Of a stretch of 64,000 bases of DNA, positions 40,721-49,604 are shown piece after piece. The stretch spans positions 1 to 64,000 of the forward strand of contig CAWFFU010000010.1 of assembly GCA_963815215.1 (NCBI GenBank), read 5' to 3'. A program made the translations under genes and the position numbers. How positions within the stretch are numbered: the first letter of the stretch is position 1; every line of letters begins with the position of its first letter. Below the pieces are notes generated by a model. That model worked only from the letters and a program-made list of their open reading frames with translations, was not told the DNA's origin and made no database searches. Origin of the DNA: an uncultured Trueperaceae bacterium (GTDB taxonomy: Bacteria > Deinococcota > Deinococci > Deinococcales > Trueperaceae).

Positions 40721-40734
40721 TTGACCCAGGTCAA
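40721..40734. promoter_or_regulatory. Fnr-type box upstream of the flavodoxin gene
   Basis: TTGAC-CCAG-GTCAA. Confidence 0.6.
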
Positions 40735-40851
40735 GGACGCCCGGCTCCTCGGCGTGGCCGCTGCCGCGACCCGCGCGTGTGGGATGGTCTACCCAGTTCT
40801 TGGCCGAGCCTGGCCCAACTTCGTGGCGGCCCCCTTGCCCGATGGCAGCTC

Positions 40852-41964
40852 TCAACCCTTCAGGCCGCCCGATCCCTTCTCGCGGCGCGCGAGTGCGATG
40901 TCGTAGTTGATCATCCGCTCGACCAGGACGTCAAAAGGCAGGTCCGGATGCCAGCCGAGAACGCTGCGGGCCTTGCTGGCGTTGCCGGAGCGCTCGACGA
41001 AATATGACGTGTCTCGCGCGTTACCAAGCTCTTCCACATGGTGGCGCCAATCCAGGCCGAGTCGGCTGAACACCCGATTCACGAACCCCCTTGTCGTGTG
41101 GGCATCTCCCGTTGCGATGACGTAATCGTCCGCGCTGTCTTGCTGCGCCATCCGGGGCAGAGCAGCCACGTGATCTGCGGCGTAGCCCCACTCTCTCTTC
41201 AGGTCGAGGGTGCCCAGCGAAACGCGTGGTTGTAGTCCGAGCCTGATGCGCGTTGCCGCGCGCGTCACCTGGCGGCTGAGGGCGTCGCGTGATTGACGCT
41301 CACTCTCGTGATCGAACAGGATTGCCGTGCTGGCGTGAAGGCCATGAACCTCCCGGTATCGGATGACGATGTCCCAGGCCCCTGCCATCGCAACTGCTTG
41401 CGGCCCGTCGGGCCGGGTCGGCGACGCTTCCGTCAATGCCGTTCCTCCGGCACCGAAAACGTCGGCTGCCAGGCCTACGATGAGCTTCACGCGGCCTTGC
41501 TCCGCAGCCTCGTAGTCTCGGATCGCGCGAAGCCAGTTGTGTGTCACCGTCAGGACTGAAGCGTTACAGTCCGCGATGGGATGCTCCCCCGCGTTCGTAG
41601 CGAGAACATAGACTTCGCTCGGCTCCACGCGGGTGAGTAGGCGCCGTAGGGCTCGTTGCTCATGGTCTGGACTCGGATGAAGGGTCGTTGCGGCGCACGC
41701 TTGCCGGCTGGAAGCACCCAGGTTGTCGACACCGTCACTCCAAGGCGGGCGTGCGTGCGCCACGACTCCGTGAACCTCACATCCCTGGGCCGTCAGGAGT
41801 TCGACGAGGAAGGACGCGTCCTGTCCGCCCAGACCCGAGACGACGGCTCGCCGTGGCGTGTTCGCTTCGTAGGGTTCATTGCTTCGCAATCGACGCCTCC
41901 GGGATACGTGTTGCCGCTGATTCACGGTAAGTGTCTCGTGGGAGGCGCGAGCCGATTGCTTCAC
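40852..41964 (-). CDS. GDP-mannose 4,6-dehydratase-like protein with degenerate active site
   Basis: SGLGGQDASFL, ILFDHESER, LGTLDLKREWGYAAD, DDYVIATG; start uncertain. Confidence 0.7.
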   Translation of the reverse strand: MKQSARASHETLTVNQRQHVSRRRRLRSNEPYEANTPRRAVVSGLGGQDASFLVELLTAQGCEVHGVVAHARPPWSDGVDNLGASSRQACAATTLHPSPDHEQRALRRLLTRVEPSEVYVLATNAGEHPIADCNASVLTVTHNWLRAIRDYEAAEQGRVKLIVGLAADVFGAGGTALTEASPTRPDGPQAVAMAGAWDIVIRYREVHGLHASTAILFDHESERQSRDALSRQVTRAATRIRLGLQPRVSLGTLDLKREWGYAADHVAALPRMAQQDSADDYVIATGDAHTTRGFVNRVFSRLGLDWRHHVEELGNARDTSYFVERSGNASKARSVLGWHPDLPFDVLVERMINYDIALARREKGSGGLKG

Positions 41965-42224
41965 ATTCCTCGAAGGAGCCAGTGAGTACCAGGCTGATGG
42001 CCGGTCGACACGAACACGTCGGGCCCCGTGGCTCTATCGCAACAGGCAGCGTCCTCGGTGTAGAGATCCCACATGGAGCGGTGACCTCGGCCGATCGCAC
42101 GTCGACCATTCAAGCTCGTGGCAAGCGCCCGAGCACGGAGGCAGGTCACTGTGTCGGCGCAGCACGCTTCAGCCATAGGGCTCGGTGCTTGGCCATGCTG
42201 CGGGCTAGGGAACCGGCACCGTGC

Positions 42225-42512
42225 GTCTACGCAGCGCTTGCCGAGGTGGCGCGATGAAAGCCACCCGACTCAAGGTCGATCTCGATGCCACCGCCGCCAG
42301 GCTGCAGCACGTGGGTCTCGAGCACGCCGTAGAGATGCTCGGCGAAAGGCTGGCGGAGGGGGTGAAGACCGAGGCCTCCACGCACGCCTTCCTCGACCGC
42401 TTGCTCGACGACGAGCGCGCCTTCCGCGAGGAACGCCGCGTCCGCACCCGCCTTGGGCTCTCCGGCCTCCCCACCGGCGACGAAGTCATGGCCACCGCCA
42501 TCCTCGACCGCC
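42225..42512 (+). mobile_element. istB: IS21-family remnant (istA 3' tip and internally deleted istB)
   Basis: ...VYAALAEVAR* overlaps ATG 42254; IstB N-terminus FLDRLLDDERAFREERR..RLGLSGLPTG fused to C-terminal DEVMATAILDR; Walker motifs missing. Confidence 0.8.
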
Positions 42513-42570
42513 GATCTGCGCTAGAGTCCGGCGTGCAAGCCGGTGTGGCACGCCGTGTAGGAGGGAACTC

Positions 42571-43683
42571 ATGAACGTCAGCGACGGTGTTCTGCTCCTG
42601 GTGGTGCTGGGGTTCGCGTGGAACCTCGGCGCGCACTATACCGGCGCGACCATGGGAATGCCCTACGCCGCGCGCTCGGTTGCGTTGTGGCCGGCGTTGG
42701 CGATCGTCGCGTTCTTCGCCCTACTCGGGGCGACGACCATCAGCGGCCGCGTCGAAGAGACCGTGGGGCTGCACCTCATCGCGGATCAAGCCGTAGGGAC
42801 GGTGACCGCTATCGTGATCGTTGCTTCGGCGGGCGTCCTCACCGCGGTCTTCAACTTCCTTCGGCTGCCCACGTCCACGATCCAGATCCTCGTGTTCTGC
42901 GTCATCGGTGCTGCCAGCGGCGCAGGCCTGCCGGTCTACTGGCCGACCCTCGCTAGGCTCGCCGGTGTCTGGGTGGCGGCGCCCATCGCGGCCTTCGGGC
43001 TCGGCTTCGTCCTCACCCGCTTGCTCGACCTGGTCGTCCCGCGTCACGCGGCGAATGTCCAGGCCCTCCGACAGCTCGAAGCGGTCGATGCTCCATCGGT
43101 CTCGCGCGGCGGTATCGCCGCCTGGTTCCCGGGCGCCACGCTTGCCCTCCCGGCCGAGGTTCAGCGTGAGGCCGAGCGTGAGCACAGCCGACGGCCGAGG
43201 ATCGCCGTCGCCGCTCTCCGCCTGCTGCCGGTGCTCCTCATCGTGGTGGGCGTGGCGGCGTCCTTCGTGATGGGCGGAAACGATGTCGCCAACGCCACCG
43301 GAGCGCTCATCCTGGTGCACCTGTTCAGCACCCACGTCGCCGGTGCTATCGGCGGTGCTGCCATGTTCGTGGGTGCCCTCACCTGGGGCCGGCGCATCCT
43401 TGAGCGCGTTGCGTTCGACGTCGTCGAGATGGACCTCGCCATGGCCAGCGCCGCCCAAGGCGTGCAGGCCCTCGTGGTCGTCCTCGCCGTCAGCCAAGGC
43501 CTGTTCACCTCCATGAACCAGGCCCTCATCGCGGCCATGGCCGGAACGGGGCTCGCCCGCGGTCGCGAGACCGTCAAGCGACGCCAGCTCTACGGCATCC
43601 TGCGCGGCTGGCTCATCGGCCCTGCCGCCGGCTTCCTACTCGCCTACCTCGCTGAACTCCTGGCTCGCGGCCTGGGCGCCTGA
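42571..43683 (+). CDS. PiT-family inorganic phosphate transporter
   Basis: WNLGAH, LPTSTIQ, MGGNDVANA motifs, multiple TM; RBS GGAGGG. Confidence 0.85.
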   Translation: MNVSDGVLLLVVLGFAWNLGAHYTGATMGMPYAARSVALWPALAIVAFFALLGATTISGRVEETVGLHLIADQAVGTVTAIVIVASAGVLTAVFNFLRLPTSTIQILVFCVIGAASGAGLPVYWPTLARLAGVWVAAPIAAFGLGFVLTRLLDLVVPRHAANVQALRQLEAVDAPSVSRGGIAAWFPGATLALPAEVQREAEREHSRRPRIAVAALRLLPVLLIVVGVAASFVMGGNDVANATGALILVHLFSTHVAGAIGGAAMFVGALTWGRRILERVAFDVVEMDLAMASAAQGVQALVVVLAVSQGLFTSMNQALIAAMAGTGLARGRETVKRRQLYGILRGWLIGPAAGFLLAYLAELLARGLGA

Positions 43684-43797
43684 CACGTCGCAGCTTGCGC
43701 GCCCACCGCGCCTGCATCGCCCGTGAGACGGGCCGGCTCCGGGCACCGGGAGAAGGTCGACTGGCGCCGGCGAAGCATCCTATGTCGGGCGCGCCGT

Positions 43798-45972
43798 TCA
43801 GATCGAGGCATGGGCCTCCCGCGTGGCCGCTCCTCGGCTGGTGAGTGCGGTGACCTGCCGAGGGGGCCGCAGCAGCCTGGCGGAGTTGGCCATGATGCCC
43901 AGGTCCGGCAGCGACTGCAGCGCTGCGGCGTAGATCGGGGGTAGCAGGCCGAGCGCGGCGAGGGTGAGGCCGGCGGCGTTGTAGACGATGGTGAAGCCGA
44001 TGTTGAGGCGCACCACGCGCATGGTGCGGCGAGCGGTGCGGATCAGTTCGGGGAGGCGACCGAGGTCGTCGTTCATGAGTGCGACGTGGGCGACCTCGAG
44101 GGCGATGGGGCTGCCGGCGGCGCCCATGGCGATGCCGATGTCGGCCTGGGCGAGGGCCGGGGCGTCGTTGACGCCGTCGCCGACCATCACGACGGTGTGA
44201 CCGCGCGCCTGGTACCGCTTCACCGCGTCCACCTTGTCGCTGGGCAGGAGGCCGGCATGCGCGGTGATGCCGAGGTCCCGGACCAGCGCTTCGGCGGTGG
44301 CGGGATGATCGCCGGTGAGGACCTCGACGTGCCGCATGCCGAGCGCGCGAAGGGCGGCCACCGCTGCGGGCGCTTCGCTGCGGGGCGCGTCACGTGCGGC
44401 CAGGATGCCCACGGGCACCCCGTCGACGAGCACGTGGAGGAGAGTCTTGCCCTGGTCCTGCAGCGGTCCGGCGGGGGCCGGCGGCTCACGGCCGTCGAGC
44501 AGCTGGACCGAGCCGACGCTCACGAGCCGGCCGCCGATGGTGGCGTGCACGCCGAGCCCCGGCACGGCCTCGAAGGTCTCGGGTGCGACGAGGGGGATCC
44601 CACGCTCTGTGGCCGCGCGCCGGACGGCTTCGGCGAGGGGGTGCTCGCTGTCGCGTTCGGCGCTCGCCGCCAGGCGCAGCAACTCGGTTTCGGGGAGGGC
44701 GCCGAGCGGCAGCACGTCGGTGAGTTCGGGCTCGCCCCTGGTGAGGGTGCCGGTCTTGTCGAGGAGCACCGTGTCGGCGCGGGCCAGCGCCTCGATGACG
44801 AGGCCACCGCGGATGAGGAGGCCGCGTTTGGCGGCGGCCCCGACCGTGGCCAGCATCGCCACGGGCGTAGCCAGCGCGAACGCGCAGCTGCAGGCGACCA
44901 CGGTGACGGCGACGGCGGCCAGGAGGTCGCCACGGAGCGCGTAGGTGGCGAGCGCGATGACCGCAACGACCGGCAGGTACCAGGTGGCGAAGCGATCGCC
45001 CAGGCGTTGCGTGCGCCCGCGGTTCGCTTCGGCTTCCTCGACCAGTCGCACGGTATGTCCGAAGGCGGTGTCGGCCCCGACGCGCTCGGCGCGGACGCGC
45101 AGGCTGCCGAGCTGCGCCAGGGTGGCGGCGAAGACCTGCACGCCCGGCTCCGCCGCGAGCGGTGCGCTCTCGCCGGTGATGCTGGCCTGGTCGACGCTGG
45201 CGTGGCCGGCGAGGACCGTGCCGTCGACGGGGATGGCTTCCCCCGGCCGCACGATGACGACGTCACCGACGCACACCTGGTTCGCGGGCACGGTGATCTC
45301 TTGGCCGTTGCGGTCGAGGCGTGCGGTGGGAGGCGCCAGAGCGGCCAGGTCCCTCACGGAGCGCCGTGCACGCGCAGTCGTCATCCGCTCGGCGTAGTCG
45401 CCCACGCGCATGAAGAACACGACCAGCACGGCGGTCGGCCACTGCCCGACCACCAGCGCCGCGAGCGCGCCCATGCTCATCAGGGTGTGCGACACGATGC
45501 GGCCCCTGAGCGCGTTGCGCACCACGTTCACCCAGACGGGCCGCCCGAGCCCCAACGCCAGCAGGGCACCGACCCACCAGGGCACACGACCGGTCAACGA
45601 ACCGAACAGGCCCAACCCTTCGCCCACGACCAGCGCGAACAGCATCACGCCGAACAAGGCCCCCAGCAGGGTCAGCGCCCTCCGGCCCAGGCGGGCGGCC
45701 TGGTCGGCCTCCTCCGTGGCAGCGTCGCCCGCGCTCGGTGCAGGGGACCGGTAGCCGACACTCTCGATGGCCGCCCGCACGTGCGCGGCGCTGGCTCGCG
45801 AGGGGTCCAGCGTGACGCTTGCCTTCTCCGTCGCCAGGTACACCTCCACGGAGGCCACGCCGGGCACGTCCGCGATGGCGCCGCGGACCGTCGCCACACA
45901 TTGCGCGCAGTCCATCCCCAGGACCGGGATGTCGATGACTTCCCTGCGGCCCGCGGACGTTGCGTCAGGCAT
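43798..45972 (-). CDS. P1B-type heavy-metal ATPase
   Basis: GMDCAQC (HMA), TGES, CSC, DKTGT, SEHP, GDGVNDAP. Confidence 0.93.
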   Translation of the reverse strand: MPDATSAGRREVIDIPVLGMDCAQCVATVRGAIADVPGVASVEVYLATEKASVTLDPSRASAAHVRAAIESVGYRSPAPSAGDAATEEADQAARLGRRALTLLGALFGVMLFALVVGEGLGLFGSLTGRVPWWVGALLALGLGRPVWVNVVRNALRGRIVSHTLMSMGALAALVVGQWPTAVLVVFFMRVGDYAERMTTARARRSVRDLAALAPPTARLDRNGQEITVPANQVCVGDVVIVRPGEAIPVDGTVLAGHASVDQASITGESAPLAAEPGVQVFAATLAQLGSLRVRAERVGADTAFGHTVRLVEEAEANRGRTQRLGDRFATWYLPVVAVIALATYALRGDLLAAVAVTVVACSCAFALATPVAMLATVGAAAKRGLLIRGGLVIEALARADTVLLDKTGTLTRGEPELTDVLPLGALPETELLRLAASAERDSEHPLAEAVRRAATERGIPLVAPETFEAVPGLGVHATIGGRLVSVGSVQLLDGREPPAPAGPLQDQGKTLLHVLVDGVPVGILAARDAPRSEAPAAVAALRALGMRHVEVLTGDHPATAEALVRDLGITAHAGLLPSDKVDAVKRYQARGHTVVMVGDGVNDAPALAQADIGIAMGAAGSPIALEVAHVALMNDDLGRLPELIRTARRTMRVVRLNIGFTIVYNAAGLTLAALGLLPPIYAAALQSLPDLGIMANSARLLRPPRQVTALTSRGAATREAHASI

Positions 45973-46318
45973 GCCCTCGTACCTCGACTGCGCGGTAGTT
46001 CTTGCAGTCCCGAACGCCCTGTGCCGCGCTCGACAGCAGCTCCTCCGCCAGGTCTAGTACGGCGACCACCCGTGTGTCACTCAAGCTGTACACCACGGAT
46101 CGCCCATGGCGCTCGCACGTCACGAGCCCGCAGTCCTTCAAGCACGCCAGGTGGTTCGAAACGTTGGACTGCGACAACCCCGTGGCCTCCACCAGCTCCC
46201 CGACCGCTCTGGGACCGTCCCGCAAGCCCTCCACGATCGAAAGGCGTGAAGGGTCGGCGAACCCGCGGAAGAGCTTCGCCTTGAGAGCCACCTCGGTTGC
46301 CGATGTCGCCACGGCCAT
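45965..46318 (-). CDS. ArsR/SmtB-family metal-sensing repressor
   Basis: AKLFRGFADPSRLSI...SQSNVSNHLACLKDCGLV. Confidence 0.9.
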   Translation of the reverse strand: MAVATSATEVALKAKLFRGFADPSRLSIVEGLRDGPRAVGELVEATGLSQSNVSNHLACLKDCGLVTCERHGRSVVYSLSDTRVVAVLDLAEELLSSAAQGVRDCKNYRAVEVRGHA

Positions 46319-46327
46319 GGCGCTTTA

Positions 46328-46345
46328 TATCATCCAAGGCTGATA
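46328..46345. promoter_or_regulatory. Putative ArsR operator
   Basis: TATCA-N8-TGATA directly upstream of the repressor start. Confidence 0.5.
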
Positions 46346-46675
46346 AGGCCCTGGGCGCCAGACGGCCCACGAAGGGTCGGACGGACGTGTCGACTTCGCG
46401 AAGCGCAGCGAGTTCAACGGATCAACGCAACAGCTGACGTGACGCTCGGGATTGGCACGCCCACGCCGGCGGCGTCGGCGGTGCGCGCAGGGCCAAGGCG
46501 CGAATGGGCGCTCGCTTCGCTCTGCGCCTGGTAGGCCGCGCGCCGAGCGGCGCGGTGCAGCCGACCCCGGCCGCGGGGGCCTGCTGCGTGAGGCCCAGAT
46601 CCTTTCGGCACCTGTCGCGCCCACGGTGGCGCAGCCACGCGTAGCCGGTAGGCTGAGCGGTGGAAGGAGCCTGAC

Positions 46676-47521
46676 ATGGCGCACGCCAGCGACGACAACC
46701 GTGTCCCCCTGGAGCCGTACCGTGTGGTGCCCGGCGGAGCCCCTGCGCTACGGGAGCGCGACGCCGGGGACACCGGCCCGTTCGACTCCGACCACGACGG
46801 CAAGAAGCTCGGGAAGCGTCGCCGCAAGGCTCTTCGCAAGCGGCTCGCAGCGCTGCAGCGATTGTTCTATGCCGACGGCCGTTATTCGGTGCTCGTGGTG
46901 CTGCAGGCCATGGACACCGGGGGCAAGGACAGCACCGTCCGCCGCGTGTTCCACGGCGTCAACCCGCAGGGGGTCGACGTCACCAGCTTCAAGGCGCCGA
47001 CCTCCGAGGAGCTGGCGCACGACTTCCTGTGGCGCGTGCACCGTCACGCACCGGCGGCAGGCCGCATCGCGGTGTTCAACCGCTCGCACTACGAGGACGT
47101 GCTGGTGGCGCGGGTCGAGGGGCTGGTGCCGGAAGCGGTGTGGCGGCCGCGCTACCAGATCATCCGCGAGTTCGAGGCCGCGCTCGCGGAAGCCGGCACG
47201 GTCGTCTGCAAGTTCTTCCTGCACATCGATGCGGACGAGCAGAAGGAACGTTTGCAGGAGCGGCTGGACGATCCCGACAAACGCTGGAAGTTCGACGAGT
47301 CGGACCTCCGGGACCGGGCGCTGTGGGACGAGTACGTGGACGCCTACGAGGAGGCTCTGGCGCGCACCAGCACGGACCGGGCGGTCTGGACGGTGGTGCC
47401 CGCCAATCGTAAGTGGTTCCGGGACGTCGTGGTCCTCGAGACGCTCGTCGACGTCTTGGAGTCGCTGCAGCTCCGCTATCCGCCGCGGACCGGTGACCTA
47501 GAAGGCATCGTGGTGGAGTGA
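46676..47521 (+). CDS. ppk2: Polyphosphate kinase 2 family (class III-like)
   Basis: LQAMDTGGKDS, HDFLWR, FNRSHYEDVL, KFFLHI. Confidence 0.92.
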   Translation: MAHASDDNRVPLEPYRVVPGGAPALRERDAGDTGPFDSDHDGKKLGKRRRKALRKRLAALQRLFYADGRYSVLVVLQAMDTGGKDSTVRRVFHGVNPQGVDVTSFKAPTSEELAHDFLWRVHRHAPAAGRIAVFNRSHYEDVLVARVEGLVPEAVWRPRYQIIREFEAALAEAGTVVCKFFLHIDADEQKERLQERLDDPDKRWKFDESDLRDRALWDEYVDAYEEALARTSTDRAVWTVVPANRKWFRDVVVLETLVDVLESLQLRYPPRTGDLEGIVVE

Positions 47522-47540
47522 GTCGGTCGACCAACACGGC

Positions 47541-47620
47541 ATGGTCGAACTCGACTTCGTCCGGCCGCAGTTCCGACCCCTGGTGGGCGACTGGGTGTAC
47601 CTCGACAGGGTCACTGCGTC
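47541..47620 (+). pseudogene. Possible cysteine-desulfurase-like N-terminal remnant
   Basis: ELDFVRPQFRPLVGDWVYLD resembles class-V aminotransferase starts; very short. Confidence 0.35.
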
Positions 47621-47777
47621 GGCCGCCCTCTCGCGGCGACATGGAGCCTGTAGAACTACACCTCGACCGCGTGCGCCGGAGGGACCGCGGAGCGGCCCCT
47701 TCCCGATCGCTCTACCTCTGCGCGTCTTGGGCGACGGTTGGGATGCCAAGGGACGAGGCGGGAAGCGCCTAGGGCCA

Positions 47778-47822
47778 TGCACACGCGAGGGGTCACGGGT
47801 TCAAATCCAGTACCGCCCACCA
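47778..47822 (+). repeat. att copy 6: tRNA-Val 3' half with variant T-stem
   Basis: TGCACACGCGAGGGGTCACGGGTTCAAATCCAGTACCGCCCACCA. Confidence 0.9.
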
Positions 47823-47948
47823 CAGAGATGGCGTCACAGACGCGAACGCCGTCACCCCACCGATCGAGGTGGCGGCGCGTTGTCTTGGCGTGACAGGCAA
47901 TGGACAGCCCATCTCGCAGGGCATCCGCGACTACTGCCGCGGCCCACC
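47823..47948 (+). repeat. Type-A right flank (hairpin 47847-47877, arm-type repeat 47891-47911)
   Basis: About 125 bp colinear with 10064-10190. Confidence 0.8.
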
Positions 47949-48101
47949 ATGCCGTCTAGCCCGATAACGCTTGTTGCCGTGGCAAGCGAAGGACCTGTGC
48001 TATGTTCCGTAGCGCCTTTCGCATCTTCGTGGAGGCGCGCCGGTCGGCGCGCGGGCGTTGTGGTGTCGGGCCGTCGGTAGAGGGCCCCGAGGGAGGAAAC
48101 C

Positions 48102-49421
48102 GTGGTCTCGCGTCTTCGATTCGTGAGCGTTGCTGCTGCCTTCGTTGTGCTGGTGCTGCTGATGGCCGGCTGTAGTCAGCCGAGTCCGAGCGTCTCTGCC
48201 TTCTCGGCAAGCGACGCGTTTCTGTCTAGTTTCGGGGGGGCCACCACCCTTAGCTGGAGCGGCAGTGACGTCACCGACTACAGCTTGAGCGTGAGCCCCA
48301 GCGCCGGCGTGAAGATCAACGGCAGCGCCTACACGGGCCCGGCAGATCTCGGCACCAGCACCAGCGCGACCGTGAGCTTCCCGAGCAACCCCAGCCCCAG
48401 CAATTTCGACTACATCGTCACCATCACCGCCACCGGCAGCGGAAGCGCCCACACGGGCCCGGAGACAACGCCCGTCACGGTGGTGGGGCAGCACGCCACC
48501 GTGTACTCCAACTCGACGGGCAGCTACGGCTTCGACTACGTCGCTGGGGTGGCGGCAGACGGCGCCGGCGACATCTGGATCGTCAACGGCCTCGGGAACA
48601 GCTTGACGGAGTTGCCGGCCGGGAACTCCACGCACCCCACTGTCTACTCCGGCAGCAGTTACGGCTTCAACATCCCCGTGGGGGTGGCGGCGGATGGCAG
48701 CGGCAACATCTGGGTCACCAACCCCGGCGGGGCCAGCGTGACGGAGTTGCCGGCCGGGAACCCCACCAACCCCACTGTGTACTCCGGCTTCAACGGCCCC
48801 CGTGGGGTGGCGGCAGACGCTAGCGGCAACATCTGGATCACCAACAGCGGCGGGAACAGCGTGACGGAGTTGCCGGTCGGGAACCCCACCAGTCCCACTG
48901 TCTACTCCGGCAGCAGTTACGGCTTCGGCTACCCCTGGGGAGTGGCGGTGGACGGCAGCGGCAACATCTGGATCGCCAACAACGTCGGGAACAGCGTGAC
49001 GGAGTTGCCGGCCGGGAACCCCACCAGTCCCACCGTTTACTCCGGCAGCAGCTACGGCTTCAACTACCCCTCTGGGGTGGCGGTGGACGGCAGCGGCAAC
49101 ATCTGGATCACCAACAACAGCGGGGACAGCGTGACGGAGTTGCCGGCCGGGAACCCCACCAGCCCCACCGTCTACTCCGGCAGCAGCTACGGCTTGAACG
49201 GCCCCTGGGGGGTGGCGGTGGACGGGAGCGGCAACGTCTGGATCACCAACCACAGCGGGACCAGCGTGACGGAGCTGCAGGCCGGGAACCCCACCAACGC
49301 CATCACCTACTCCGACAGCAGCTACGGCTTCAACAGCCCACGTGGGGTGGCGGTGGACGGCAGCGGCAACGTCTGGATCGCCAACAACGGCGGGGACAGC
49401 GTGACGGAACTGTTGCATTGA
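48102..49421 (+). CDS. Lipoprotein with seven NHL-type repeats
   Basis: Lipobox MAGC, RBS GGGAGG, seven GVAxDxxGx(I/V)W(I/V)xN units. Confidence 0.9.
   Translation: MVSRLRFVSVAAAFVVLVLLMAGCSQPSPSVSAFSASDAFLSSFGGATTLSWSGSDVTDYSLSVSPSAGVKINGSAYTGPADLGTSTSATVSFPSNPSPSNFDYIVTITATGSGSAHTGPETTPVTVVGQHATVYSNSTGSYGFDYVAGVAADGAGDIWIVNGLGNSLTELPAGNSTHPTVYSGSSYGFNIPVGVAADGSGNIWVTNPGGASVTELPAGNPTNPTVYSGFNGPRGVAADASGNIWITNSGGNSVTELPVGNPTSPTVYSGSSYGFGYPWGVAVDGSGNIWIANNVGNSVTELPAGNPTSPTVYSGSSYGFNYPSGVAVDGSGNIWITNNSGDSVTELPAGNPTSPTVYSGSSYGLNGPWGVAVDGSGNVWITNHSGTSVTELQAGNPTNAITYSDSSYGFNSPRGVAVDGSGNVWIANNGGDSVTELLH
48501..49415 (+). repeat. Intragenic tandem repeat, unit mostly 135 nt (45 aa), 7 copies
   Basis: TACTCCGGCAGCAG recurs at a 135-nt period (48903, 49038, 49173); unit 3 lacks 12 nt. 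Confidence 0.9.
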
Positions 49422-49604
49422 GGGTCCGTCCGTCGAGCAGGCCTGCGTAGTCTGCGGGCGGGCACGGCCGCCAACGCCCTTCCGACGGTATCCCGGCAGT
49501 TGGGCGGGGAAACGCGGTTCTGCACCGGGAGGGCCATCCCAAAGAATCCTGTCTCCGTCGGAATCTCGGGAAGACAGTGAACCCAGCGGGGGGCACTGAA
49601 GGGT

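Noticed and set aside
44086..46284. Long antisense ORFs (also 2901-5066, 8189-9748, 11129-13672, 55243-57072, 60660-62210)
   Set aside because: Shadow frames of real genes in high-GC DNA with no recognisable motifs
48501..49415. 135-nt repeats as CRISPR or as a diversity-generating retroelement
   Set aside because: They are in-frame coding repeats; there is no reverse transcriptase or non-coding template repeat in the window
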